Below the pieces are notes generated by a model, which searched no databases, was not told the DNA's origin, and saw nothing but the letters and a program-made list of their open reading frames with translations. 64,000 nucleotides of DNA from Massalongia carnosa. Lineage: Eukaryota. Positions 48,570-61,929 of the stretch are shown here, piece by piece (position 1 is the stretch's first letter; each line of letters starts with the position of its first letter). Both the position numbers and the translations under genes were made by a program. The stretch is taken from positions 620,001 to 684,000 of the forward strand of contig OZ287085.1 in NCBI GenBank assembly GCA_965645245.1. The letters are read 5' to 3'.

Positions 48570-49410
48570 GTGATGATGATGATAATGATAATGATGATGA
48601 TTCTTATTCTGATTTGGTATCGGCCGAATGCCGGCCTATGCGGGAGAGTCTATCTAGTTTTATAGTACATGGAAAACCTTTTGAGGAAGAAAAACAATGC
48701 AATCCTGTAACCGGCCGAGGACCCTCCGGGTCCCAGCCGTGTGCTCAATAAAAAACCTTTGACCTAAGACAAGTATGAAAAATGAAACAAAGCATGCCTA
48801 CTGTTAACAGTATAGATTCTGTGCTGTCAGCGAAAATTGTGACAACAAACCTGACTTTATTAGCCACTTTGTGACTAATTTTACTGCTTTAGATGACTCA
48901 GTGATTAATTAATAGTTGATTATGCCTATCGTATATAGCAGAGTTTTTCTGTTATCGTTGAGTTTGCAAAACTTGATTACATGTTTTGCAGTCTGTTTAT
49001 GCCAGCCACATTAGCAGTTCGGGGACGAGACGTCTGGGACTCGCTGTCTATATAGGTTGGCGGCTAGGCCTATCTTTACTGAGCGTATCTGAATTGCTAG
49101 CGCGCTCTCCGCTTTGGCTAGAGTTTCGTACAATTTGATGCGTTTTTTGGAAAGTAAACCTGATTGTGCCGGGGCGGGAACGGGTGTGCATTCCTGATAT
49201 GATCTCCACGAGGCCTGCAATGCACATGTATGTAGTTTTATTTATTTGAGTAGTTATTTTGTTATGAGTAGCGCGTGCCTCCCCTATTTCTCGGGCGAGA
49301 TTCGGGGGGGATTCGGCCCATGGTAGATTTGGTGTCGGTGTTGGAGGGTTATGTGCCTTCGATGTGATTCTCTTGGCCCAAGCATATTTCAGCGTTCCTG
49401 GAGTGATGAC
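48570..49410 (-). mobile_element. LINE 3' fragment (family B)
   Basis: AKAESALAIQIR..., 3' hairpin and tail; inverted homologue of 57010-57820. Confidence 0.88.
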
Positions 49411-51097
49411 TGGGCTAAGAATAATAAAATAGAGTTGACATCTCCTTTGTGAAGTCTCTATCTCAGTTTTCGTTCATCTTACTGGTGCGTTTTACGACCG
49501 AAGACTATTGATGAATTCTACGATTGGGGTGAACGACGTCCCTTTCGCCCAGGTCAAACCCAGTTTACTCCTTAAGCATATATCAAGGGCGAGTCTAGCC
49601 GTAGCCCATGCGCCGGCGAACCGACGGGATCTCGTTACGAGCGAGATAGACATTCCCTGCTCTATTTATACCGAAATGCGCATACTCTCCTCTCGGGCTA
49701 TGCAGACGGTCTCCGTACGGTGGCCGCCATTGCATACCACGCCTCACGGGTTTTTTACGACAAATTTAAGTTACTCATAAAGGCCTCCCGTTTGTGAACC
49801 GACCCTATCTCGCAAGGATTTCGCCCACTATGCTCCTGCCCAGGCAGTATAGTATCGGTTTTCCGTCCCTACTAACCAAAACGAGTCGAGGAAAACTCGG
49901 AGGGGTGCTCGTTTGAAATTCGTCTATTAGCTCAGGGCCTAGACTGTTATCAATTAACGGGTTCCTTGTATATTACCCTCTTCTTGTCCCAAGGGTATCC
50001 TATTTAATGACCAGGTTTCCTCTACCATCCCCAGTACGACTCCGGTTCGGGCCGTGTTGCTCACGGTAGCTATCAATCGGATGGTTCTCATAACCCAAAT
50101 CCCTTGTATCGTGTAGGGTGTAACCGTACGCTATATGTCTATATGTTTTATTTCTTTCAGCCGGAAGACTCCTTGTTATAGACGAAGGAGACTCGTGTAA
50201 TAGACATAGATAACCCGTATCGTACGACTTTCGCTCTCAGCCGATGACTGCATGAAAGGACTTGAACATTTAAGAGTATGATCGAACGTTGTTAACGAGG
50301 TCTATGAAAATCTTGTTAACGAAGTTCTGCTGAACTCTTTTCATTCGTTTTGTGATCCATCGAGGTCTACCCGTGTCAAATCCACACTATGCCCTTGTCA
50401 AAATACATTATTTTCAGCTGATGACTGCTAGAAAGGACTTGAACCTCTAAAAATATGTACTCCGATATTATCGGGGTGCAGATCTGTCTTAACGAGCCCA
50501 CGCAGAACCCCCTTCACAGGTACGCGTTATTGATTTGGGACTGTGTGTTTTGTAACTGTATGTTTGTGTATGTGTGCTTTGTGACTGTGTGCTTTGTACA
50601 ACGTGTGATTGATGACTATGTGTTTTGTGACTCTGTGTTTTGTGACTCTGTATTTTACTCGATTTTATTTAACAGGCCGGGCCTATTAAATGGGATATTG
50701 TTATTCTGCTCCGAGATGGAGTTTACTTGAGGTGACAGCACTCGCCCCGGTACCTTTACGCGTTCTATTGATCCTAGATGATGACTGCATAGGGAGACTT
50801 GATTTTCAGGAGCAAGAACGCGTGTCGACTGTGCCCGGGTAGGGGACGATGCGGCTACTTTGGTCTATATCTTCTTCCAGCTGATTACTGCATGAAGGTA
50901 GGTGAACCCTTAGAAGCATGGTGCAGGGACGCGCACATTCTATCCCCCGGCGGTTGGCCTTCGTATCCTCTTCCGTACGTACGTCTGGGACGCGTGTGAA
51001 CGCGTTAAATTAGTATTGTTTTGATGCGAAAAGATAGGAGCAAATCTATATTTTTGACCCTCGCCCCACGGTGAGGCCTTTGGCGTCTCCGTGGTGA

Positions 51098-51263
51098 GGA
51101 CCGATAGTGTAGAAGGAGGAGGACCGATTGTGTAGAAGGAGGAGGACCGATGGTGTAGAAGGAGGAGGACCGATGGTATAGAAGGAGGACCGATGGTGTA
51201 GAAGGAGGAGGACCGATGGTGTAGTAGGAGGAGCACCGATGGTGTAGTAGGAGGAGGACCGAT
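51098..51263. repeat. 23-bp minisatellite, about 7 units
   Basis: GGACCGATGGTGTAGAAGGAGGA tandem. Confidence 0.92.
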
Positions 51264-54203
51264 CAACCTGGTAATGATAATCTAGAACGAAACCGTGCCA
51301 TCTCAGAATTGAGATTTTGGAACCGATTTCAAGTTTTTACGATCGATACAATTTGTAAAAGGTTGTAAAGTCAAAACTACAGTATTATCTATTTAATTTA
51401 ATATTCGCAGCTGTCACACTTGATTACCCGGACGGTAAATTTTTGATAGCACAATAAAGTTGTGGTCTATTTTGCAATTGAATACAATTTCTAAGTGACA
51501 TGATACCGTATATCATCATAAACATACAGCAGTATTCGGAGGAACATAAGTTATCATATCATGTTACGATCGCAGAATTAGTTCCGGATATACAATGTTA
51601 TCCGTTATTCCGTCATTTCGTTCCGGAAACAAAACACACAATCGAGACACATCCGTCACTCGAGATAATGCCATATATAACTGACCATGAGTAAAAGGAG
51701 GAGCTCGCAAATCGACTCCTACCGTGTCCAATGATTGACCTTGCGACTCGTTGACAGTCATAGCAAAGCACAATCGTATAGGAAATTGTTTGCGACTTAT
51801 GATCAAGGGTAACTCGCATTCCGTGGTATTAAGAAGAATCCGGGGAATGAATCGCGTTTCACTGTTTAATTCTCCTCCTAAAATCTTTCCCTCTAGACAG
51901 GTTTGCGAAATCTGAGTAATACGTAATCGGGTGCCGTTATAGAGACCAAGTTCGGGATATAAATTCCGCAACAAAATAATCGGAGCTCCAAGTTTCAGTT
52001 GTAATTGTGAAGATTATAAAGACGATTTTTGCAAGGTCCGTAAAAACTCGAGAGGAAGAAAGTCTCCTCGTTCCTGCGCCGTATCGTTCTCTATTTAATC
52101 AACGGAGTTCAAAGTGTGCGAATCGCCTTGCAATTTATTCAGTATTGCACCGTTTAACTCCGCGACGATATCGTTTCGCAAAGTCAAAATTGCTAGACTT
52201 GCGAAAAAATCCGCATCCGGATGAGCTTGCCGCATGCGATCCGAAGGAAAAACGGCGTCCACGAAACTGTCTTAGTTGTTCAAATTATTGACTTGTTCCG
52301 GTAGCTGAATACGACCGTAAAAAGCAGGATCATAAGACATTTTCCCGATCCAGTCCGCAAACGTCTCATTGTCGACTCCGTTACGAATTAGCATGTTTTG
52401 ACACAAAAAGAGTTTTTTTAAATCGTGGCCACAAAAAGGAGTTTTTAATGTACGCCGCAACGATAGCTTGCCGATTTCCACGAGGACCAACGGGCAAGAT
52501 TTGAGCGAAATCTCCTCCTAAAACTATCGGAATACCTCCGAAAAGATCGTCATTGCCTAAAAGGTCCGTAAAAGTACGATGTACGGCTATTAAATATTGT
52601 TTGTGTTGCATCGGCAACTTATCCCAAATAATTAATGCTGTACATTGCAAAAGACTGTGTAAATACGTGTTGCGGCCGATATTACACATGCTGTCCTCAT
52701 TTAAAATCAAAAGAATTTTAAAATGGGAATATGAAGTCTGTCCGCCAGGAGGAATTAAAGTCGCAATGCAGTAGGACGCAACGCAAAGAACGATTTTATT
52801 CTGTGCCCGAAAATGATTGCAAAGAGTCTTATATATAAAACTCTTACCCGTTCCTTCAGGATCGGGAACAAAAAAATGCGCTGTTCTAGAATGATCTCTA
52901 AGTCCCGCAACAATAGTATCAAAACAGTGTTTCTGATCCGCATTCAGTTGATTATATCATTTATTTTGTAACATCGTTTCTTCATTAAAATCGTAATTTA
53001 TTTCACCCGCAATTAAAGGATTTCCAGCACTCCGACCCCAGTCGTGTACAAACAAATGCATATTAAAATCCTGCATGCATGTCCCTAAATCCTTAAGAAC
53101 TTCGTTTAATAAATACAGTCCGTAATCCAAATGCGGAGTCGTTAAATCGTCAGGGATATCAATCATAGATCTTAATCGATGTGGCAAATCGTCACATATA
53201 TCGTTTGCGTATTGATTCCATAATGCCGTGGGATACGTAAGACGTCCGTGAACTAAAGCTGTTCCAAATAACGCTTGCAATGAATGTCCAGAAGAAAATC
53301 GCACAGCTTCCGCAAAACAACTGAACTATTCCTGATCATCTTCCAACAAACCTCAGGCACTGCAAGCGGCTTGAAAATTTGCATAAATCACTCCGTCAAC
53401 AGTGCAAAAATTCTCAAAGGATTGCGGTCCCGATACAACCGTCAACAGCATCCGTAAATAATATTTCTCGCCCTCCATAGAACTGCAGGCATAAATAGGA
53501 CCATCCGCGAACCCAGGTTGTCGAGATTGCCAACATTTTTTCTTGGGTTCCCAAACGAAATGATTCGGAAAACCTTGATACAACAACTCGCGACCGTCGT
53601 CATGAACTCTGTTATACTCGAGAAATGCCATTAATTTTGAAACGGATATGTTTAAAATGTTATGCAGATCAATAAGATCCGCATCAGTATTGAAATATAC
53701 GGACTGTTGATCTGGCAAATGAATCCGAAGATGATAAACCCCAGGAAACTCCTCGTGCGAAGGATACTCCTATAACTGCCATGCGGCTTGAGTCGGACCG
53801 ATATAACGACCGTTTAAATATCTTGCGATTTCGTCGTAAAATCCGTCAATCTGCACAGTAGCTCGATCTGCGCCTTTGTAAATATATTTATGAATATATT
53901 TAACAGCTTTAAAGGTCGCGCAGATATCGACATTAATATGAGCTTCATATTTGCGAGAAAGATACGGATTATACGGATCCACCCAGCGATTGTCGCAACG
54001 AAAAACCCGACCACCACTTATCGGAACCTCCCAGGTGCGGCCATTATTGCGGCGACGATATATCGGATAACCGTCCTCTTCAACAACAGTTGTTTCCTGA
54101 AACGGGCGAGGATAACGCTTGGAACAGGTGGGAGATCTGGATGCGGTTTGCATACAGGACGCGGTAGGCATTGCAGCTCCGCGAGGACCGTGAACCATTT
54201 GTT

Positions 54204-54625
54204 TGTCATGAAATAAAGTTTGAGTTAAAACCTAATTGATTACCCCGAACCGCCAAGCGGCGCTCGAGGTAAAAGCCACCTGAAAGCCTATTTAGATTCA
54301 TCCTCGGTATGAGTCTGAATAAACCCCTCTTCACTCCACTATACCCTCTTATCGCTAGAACGATCACATCCACTGGCCCACTTATCGCTCCACCTTATCG
54401 CCGTCACCATTAACAAAATCTCTCATCTAGGGTGAAGGTAAAACATGAGAAAGAAGGGGCTGGCTCAGGTATAAAAAGAGGACATATTCAGTAGATAGCT
54501 GACTCCTCGTCCGACGTCTTGTATAGTAAACCACCTCCTAGCTATAGCCTCATTAATAAAGACTTCTTGATCATCCCATCCAATTCCTAGAAACTTTAGT
54601 TCAATTCCCAACGCAGTCCTTGACA
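54204..54625. mobile_element. Solo LTR (422 bp)
   Basis: TGTCA...TGACA, perfect TSD TTGTT. Confidence 0.88.
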
Positions 54626-55044
54626 TTGTTTAACGATGATCTGTCTTAAACTTCCATCCGTATCAAGAGTAGGATCCGGCAGTTCGGCGGAAATTATTTG
54701 ATCAATACGATCCGTATCCATAAAATAATCATGCGGATGTATAAACACGAGCTCGGTTATGATTGTCCTGACCCGCTTCTGCTTCGTTGAGCAGCATTTC
54801 TTCCCCAATGTTCGGATTTTCCAACTCCAAATTATTTCGATTTGGCGGGCTTGGCGAATGGAAAGCCGACGATACGGGAGAAACGGAATTCGTCATTGAA
54901 CTGTCAGGCGAACTCTAGAAAGACGGAAGAGTAACAGAAGATACAATCGAACTTCTTGGAGGGGCAGGCGGACGCAGGAAAAGAGGAACAGGACGTTTCG
55001 GTAGTCGTAAGATAAGACGAACGCGTTTTGCGGGAGGATTTTCC

Positions 55045-55634
55045 TGTAACAGGGGTAGTAATAAGTCACCTAAGCCACTGAGCGAAAAAGCTACTATGGT
55101 AGTTCTCCTATAGAGACACTACCGCTTATTACACTTCATATAGGTGCCCCGTGCCCGGTACATCACTATACCTCCTTAGGCGCTCATGTATTGCGCCCGC
55201 TGGCTAGCAATACTGAGTACCGCTGTAACAATATACCTCTCCCATCCGGATGACTGTCCTCAGTCATCCGATGGGGGGGTCTATGAGTAGTAAGTCTCAC
55301 ATGCGCCCGTAGACGTGCATGCTGAGCCGAACGCTCGTCCCCCGTAGCTTCCAGACCCGCCCTCCGGCTAGCCTGCTTACACAGACACAGGTAAAAGTCT
55401 TCGTCTACAGCGGGACTCGAACAGGCGACACATAGGAGAACTACCATACTGTAACAGGGGTGGTAATAAATCACCTAAGCCTCTGAGCCAAAAGGCTACT
55501 AAAGTAGTTCTACTATAGAGACACTACCGCTTATTACACTACATAGAGGTGCCCGCACCCGGTACGTCACCGTACCTCCTTAGGCGCTCATGTATTGCGC
55601 CCGCTGGCTAGCAGTACTGAGTACCGCTGTAAAA
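55045..55634 (-). mobile_element. TRIM, second family
   Basis: Two ~185-bp LTRs around ~220 bp; TSD TTTCC; inverted homologue of 58434-59024. Confidence 0.9.
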
Positions 55635-56074
55635 TTTCCGGAGAATTAACTTCATTATGCGGTCTACGGGGAGATCCCGATTGTCGTAACGGAATGGGAA
55701 GTCGAGAAACGATTTCTCGCGGAGAAGAGTTAGGCGGCAAAGATATAACGGTAGTCGTTGCTGTTATTGCGAAGAGATCAGATAATTGTAAATGAATACA
55801 GACACGAAATAAAGTAATGCGTTGGTATAAAGATTATCGTAAACCCAATTAAGACTACGCTAAACCGAATCGAGGGTTTTAGCAGGTTCATTGAACGGAC
55901 GGATTTAGCGCAGTTTCGGGGTTCAAAATTCGGCACACTAATTTGCAAACGGGTGTAATTAATATAATGAATGTGATCTAATCAAAAAAAGATTATAAAA
56001 TAAAGAGTCCTTTGTTTATTCTTTCGAAGAATTACTGATTAATTTATTGATTCTACTGTTATTTTATAACGACT

Positions 56075-56720
56075 CTTATATCAAAATCGCGTCATCGAAC
56101 CCTCCATAGCAAAATCAGTCCTACTGGGCAAAAATCGCCTGAAAATACACACGCAGCTAAATAAGGCAGGAAGCGCTCCAACAACACAAATCTGCATTGG
56201 CAAGCTCGGGTTAGCTGACTTCCTCTACAAGCGATGGGTACCCTCCGTCACCTCACCGGCCTGCTCATGTGGCTTGAACAGACAAACTCCAGAAAATGAA
56301 ATCATATTCTGCAGACTTATTGACAATAGTGAACAGATGTTTCGCGCCGCTGGCACGAGCGACTATCAGCAGTTGACCAATTCATCTAAAACTCTGAAGA
56401 TACTAACTGCTTGGCAAATAAAAACAGGCTTATTGAATCAATTCTCACAAGTATCAAGATTATTTTAAAATCAACAATATTTGAATCTTTCTTTCTTTCT
56501 TCTCTTTCTGAAAGGAATTACAGTTCCCACACGTCTTTTACACTGCGTCTCCCGCCCGACGTCGACCCGTAGTCATATCGGACGGGTATATGTGACATGG
56601 TTTTTACACCTGTGAAAGGTTTTTCATGTAATATAACTTAGATAGCTTTACCTGCATGGGCCGGCATACGGCCGGTGTCATATCGGAGTATAAATATATT
56701 ATCATTAGCATCATCATAAC
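56075..56720 (+). mobile_element. LINE 3' fragment (family A-related)
   Basis: Similar to the reverse complement of 1640-2270; hairpin and tail. Confidence 0.85.
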
Positions 56721-57009
56721 AACTCTTATTTTACTATTCTATTACTACTGTAGAGTTATATAATAACACTGTTCGTACTTTTCCTTACACTTGACTATTT
56801 TTTTGTTGTCTTTAATCAATATTATTGATTCGTTGAGAAAATTCTTGCTTTTCAATTCTTTTATTTGCATTAGAGAAACTCGACCTGTTGCGCGACGTAA
56901 TTATGACTAAATTAACTAAGATTTCCAACGACGAAAACGATATCAGGGTTTATATCTATCATAACGTATATAACACTATCGATTCGTTTCTGATAAATCA
57001 ATTGATTGA

Positions 57010-57820
57010 CTCGCTCTTCTTCGAGTCGAGCGGAGGCACATAACCCTCCAACACCGACACCAAATCTACCATGGGCCGAATCCCCCCCGAATCTCGCCCG
57101 AGAAATAGGGGAGGCACGCGCGGCTCATAACAAAATAACTGCTTATATAAAAAAACTACACACATTTGCATGGCAGGCCTCGTGCAGATCATATCAGGAA
57201 CACATACCCGTTCCCACCCCGGCATAATCAGGTTCACTCTCTAAAAAACGCATCAAATTGCACGAAACTCTAGCCAAAGCGGAGAGCGCGCTAGCCATTC
57301 AGATACGCTCAGAAAAGAGAGGCCTAGCCGCCTTCCTACATAGACACCGAGTCCGTTACGTCTCGTCCCCGAACTGCTCATGTGGCTGGCACAAACAGAC
57401 TGCAAAACATGTGATCGTGTTTTGCAAAATCAACGACAACAGAAAAACTCTGCTAAATTCGATAGGCACAAACAACTATCGATTAATCACTGAGTTTTCT
57501 AAAGCAATAAAATTAGTCACAAAGTGGCTAATGAATACAGGTTTGTTGTCACAATTTTCTCTGAAAGCACAGCATCTATACTGCTAACAGTAGGCATGCT
57601 TTGTTTCATTTTTCCTACTTGTCTTAGGTCAAAGGTTTTTTCATGGAGCACACGACTGGGACCCGGAGGGGAGGATCCTCGGCCGGACACAGGATTGCAT
57701 GGTTTTTCTTCTTCAAAAAGTTTTCTATGTACTATAAAACTAGATAGACTCGCCCGCATGGGCCGGCCTTCGGCCGGTACCAAATCGTAATAAGAATCAT
57801 AATTATCATTATTATCATCT
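57010..57820 (+). mobile_element. LINE 3' fragment (family B)
   Basis: ORF 57258-57587 with CSCGWHKQTAKHVIVFC; hairpin and tail. Confidence 0.88.
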
Positions 57821-58433
57821 TCTAGTCGAGCAGATATTAAGACTTCATATTCGTCAATTAAGATTTATACGATTCGTATATTGTTTATTTGATAATCTTA
57901 CAAAAATTGTCAATATATTGAATCTGATCGAGAGTCAATCGGTTGTCTATTATTCGGATTTAGGCAGGCAATCGAGTCGGGTTTCGGATAAACTTAAATG
58001 TCCTATGTATCTGTTGGCGTTCGAGAGGTTTGGATAAATCAGGAATAGCTGCCCGAACCCTCGGAACTCTACCCGTCGGGTTTAACCCGTTCGCTTATTT
58101 TCTAGCTCTAAAACAGCAAAAATCGAACCATTTATTACCTGCATCTGTACCTGCATTATTTTCTACTGACTACCTAAAATTGAATAACAAATAAAATTAT
58201 AGACCTTGGTTAGCGTATTCAGATAATGCAAAAATATTGAAAATCGAATCGCTTTTGATAATGATATGATAATTGAGAGGTCAAAAGGTCGAAATGTTGC
58301 GCCCGAAGGGGCGGAATTTGCTCAAAAATCTAACTCTACTTCTCCCTTTCCTGTCGTACAATTACTATCTAGTTATAGTACTAGGTCAAAAGATTCCAAT
58401 AACTCCCCTATCAAATTTTTACCTCCCCAACTG

Positions 58434-59024
58434 TGTTACAGCGGTACTCAGTACTGCTAGCCAGCGGGCGCAATACATGAGCGCCTAAGGAGGTACGGTG
58501 ACGTACCGGACGCGTGGCACCTATATGTAGTGTAATAAGCGGTAGTGTCTCTATAGGAGAACTATTATAGTAGCCTTTTGGCTCAGTGGCTTAGGTGAAT
58601 TATTACCACCCTTGTTACAGTGTGGTAGTTCTCCTATGGGTCGCCTGTTCGAGTCCCGCTGTAGACGAAGACTTTTACCTGTGTCTGTGTGAGCAGGCTA
58701 GCCGGAGGGCAGGTCTGGAAGCTACAGGGGACGAGCGTTCGGCTCAGCATGCAGGTCTACGGGCTCATGTGGGACTTACTACTCATAGACCCCCCCAACG
58801 GATGACTGAGGATAGTCATCCGGATAGGAGAGGTATATTGTTACAGCGGTACTCAATACTGCTAGCCAGCGGGCGCAATACATGAGCGCCTAAGGAGGTA
58901 CGGTGACGTACCGGGCGCGGGGCACCTATATGTAGTGTAATAAGCGGTAGTGTCTCTATAGGAGATCTACCATAGCAGCCTTTTCGCTCAGTAGCTTAGG
59001 TGACTTATTACCACCCCTGTTATA
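58434..59024 (+). mobile_element. TRIM, second family (LTRs 58434-58619, 58839-59024)
   Basis: TSD AACTG; purine tract GGATAGGAGAGG before the 3' LTR. Confidence 0.92.
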
Positions 59025-59233
59025 AACTGCTCCAAATTATCAACAATTAAGTTTTTATATCGATGCCTTGAAAACTTCGTAAAATGATTATATATATTCT
59101 AGCAAGGAATTTAGTCTAAGAAATATAGTTTTAAAATTTCGTATACGATCCTTTCGCTTGGTTGCAAGCTTCAATACTCTTTTTCATGCTCTCTATTAAA
59201 CTTCTCAACATTTCCGCATCTATCAAGCTTATG

Positions 59234-59754
59234 TGTCTAGACTGGATTGGATGGTCATGCTTTCTAATTAACTGAGTCTTTAGCTACAGCTAGGCTAGAT
59301 TGGCTATTCAAGACGTCGGACAAGTAGCCAGAACTTTCGAGAATCGACCCCTTCTTTTATATCTGTTCCTCACCTCCTTACCCCTTTTTTCCCTTGATCT
59401 TCGATGTCTCCTATTCATCTCATTTTTCTAAGTTAATACGAAGACACCTAATGAGGAACGGGTAATTATGGTTTCGAAGATCGGAGGCGGAGCCGTACTC
59501 GATCTAACCGCATCGAGAAAGGTGGTAACAGCGCGCACTGACCAATGAACCTGTGGTAGGTCTAATAAACCTGCGGTAGGTCTAATGAACCCGCGGTAGG
59601 TCCAATAAACCCGCAGTAGTTCCAATGAACCTGCGTTAGTTCAATGAACCTGCGGTAGCTACAATGAACCTGCGGTACGGTAGGTAGGGACAGGATAGAG
59701 GGGGCAACTACGGGTAAGGCCGAGAACTTTTTGGTTCGAAGCCGTTTCATGATA
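59234..59754. mobile_element. Solo LTR with internal ~19-bp repeats
   Basis: TG...TA ends, TSD TTATG, removal restores the Tc1 frame. Confidence 0.75.
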
Positions 59755-60246
59755 TTATGCTTCTACTAACACTTTTCAAAGAACCCCGCGGACTTTATCA
59801 TTACTACTAGTCACCGAATAGATATCCGAATTGACTTGATAAACGAGCTGTTTGAGCTTATACAAAAGGCACTCGATAGGATTCAAATCAGGATAATGAG
59901 GAGGCCAATCGATAATTGTTACACTATTTTCATAGAACGATTTCTTTATCATTTTAGCAGTATAAATCGGTACATTATTCTGCATGACAATAAGGCCCGG
60001 TTCCTAGATTCCAAGCAGATTATCATTTAATAATTTCAAACATGAATTGGCTGAGTACCCTCTCTTCTTTACTTCGAATTCGCTAGCCATTTTATAAAGA
60101 TCTGACCTTTCTTTCTCCAAAAAGCCCCCCATACCATGACATTGACCTCCTTGCCCTTTGCGTAACGGTTGTATCATAGGTTTTATCTATTTTTTCTCCG
60201 GAAATATGAACATCTAATGATCTGACGGAGCTTTCACCTGGCGACC

Positions 60247-61912
60247 ATGAACGAAAATCTCGTACCAAGAAGTGCACAGTACGAAAGTGAGCATAGAAAG
60301 GCGAAAAGAGTCTCTGGTAATTAAAATCAAAGAGTATCTTGACCGTGTGGGTAACGTAGGAGACCCGGTAGCGTTGGAAATTTTGCAGGAATCGAAAATT
60401 GTGCTGGAGGCACAAAATCAATTAGACAAAAAATCGCACGATACCACACACGTGGTATCTGCTCTAAATGATATCAAAAGCACTCTACAGAGAATTGAAA
60501 GCAGAAAGGAGATCCCAACAGCATGAAACTATGCCACCGTCGCCGCGGCGGGACACCTCAATGAGGGCGGATCTGTGCCGGTTCGAAGCACTCTAAACAA
60601 CGTAAAGACGCAGAAAACGAAGGAATATACACCAAGTATGATCCAAAGGGCAAGGGAACTCACTATACGAGTGACGAAGAGCGAGGACCGAGAAAGAATA
60701 AAGCAAACGTCCACAAAGGACTTGGTGGAGGCCCTACAGAAGAGAAATGCAGGAATAATAGGAGTATCGCGTCTCAACAGTGGAGAGATTAGGATACACA
60801 CCGAAACGGCAGCGATTAAGAAGTCACTGTATGACAATACGGGCTAGGTGCGTGAAGTAGCCGCATCGGCAGCGGTTCAAAGGCGTACCTTTGCCATACA
60901 GGTACGTGGCGTCAGGATGCAACACATCGACGTCACCAATCAGACGAGAGCCATTGAGTACCTACATGCCGTTGATGCCCGACTGCATGCGGGACTGAAG
61001 ATCGTAAAGGTCGCTTGGTCCAACAAGGCTATCAGAGAAGGAAAAGTGCACTCTACGCTGCATATGGAAGTTGAAACTGCACCAATGGCCAACAGGCTCA
61101 TCACCGAAGGTCTACTCGTAGACTACGAGATCAAGCACTGTGAAAGATTTCACAAAAATAACATACTAGTGCAATGCTTCAATTGCTATAATTATGGGCA
61201 TATCAGCAAATGGTATAAACATACCACGGCCTGTGGGCGCTGTGCCGGCGGACATCCTACGCACGAGTGCAATCCCGAGATGACCGGAGCCCACCCCATG
61301 TGTGCCACGTGCGAGAAGCCTGGTCACCCAGCGTGGTCCCCTGTGTGTGTAGTTCGAACGAAGGAGAAGAAGAAAGTAAACGACGCAAGGAAAAGAAAAG
61401 CGCATCTATACGAAGCTGAAGGGCTGGCGGTGGCGCCAGCATTCAATTTCGGAGCCAGCAACCCCCCAGCAGAGGCAGGGACTACAACGGTAGACCTAGA
61501 CTTACGGACGGAAGACTTACCTACCACATGAAGTCTTATTAATGGGAAAAAAAGGAAAATATCGCGCATAATAACCCAATCCGCCACACAGGCGAATCAG
61601 CCGAGGAGCCTACCAGGTGCCGAGACCGGAATCACATGGAAGGACATCGAGATCATGAACCCGGCAAACAGAATAAGGGCGATGGCGAAGCCCACTCCGG
61701 GTAGACCCCCCAACGCTGTCAATAGTGCCCCCTGCCCCCCTACTACCCTATCTCCTCCCATCCATCTCCCATCCAAACCAGCAGTCACCCTAACTGCTCC
61801 GCCCCCCACCCACAATTCCACCGCGACCGCTCCGCAAGGGGCCCACTTGGAAGTACAAATCCCTACCCAATCGAAAACGACTCCCTCGAGAGACATGGAT
61901 GAAGCTTTATAA
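60247..61912 (+). pseudogene. LINE ORF1 (gag-like) with stops
   Basis: QCFNCYNYGH, CGRCAGGH, CATCEKPGH. Confidence 0.85.
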
Positions 61913-61929
61913 AGGACAAAAAATCAATT

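Larger units (their letters stand above)
51288..55920 (-). mobile_element. Helitron, 5'-truncated, RepHel pseudogene
   Basis: Same 3' hairpin with TTCG|T end; Rep C-terminal part (GYPIYRRR, KYIHKYIYKG) and helicase; homologous to 41100-44618. Confidence 0.9.
58376..60200 (-). mobile_element. Tc1/mariner 3' half with nested TRIM and solo LTR
   Basis: WPPHYPDLNPIE; decayed TIR TAGTACTAGGTCAAAAG after TA. Confidence 0.75.

Noticed and set aside
50415..50444. Hammerhead ribozyme or box C/D snoRNA (CTGATGA...GAAA)
   Set aside because: No credible stems II/III or paired D box; the core is not kept in the sister copies
58595..58885. 96-aa ORF shared by both TRIM copies
   Set aside because: GTG start, spans LTR boundaries, and conservation is explained by DNA identity
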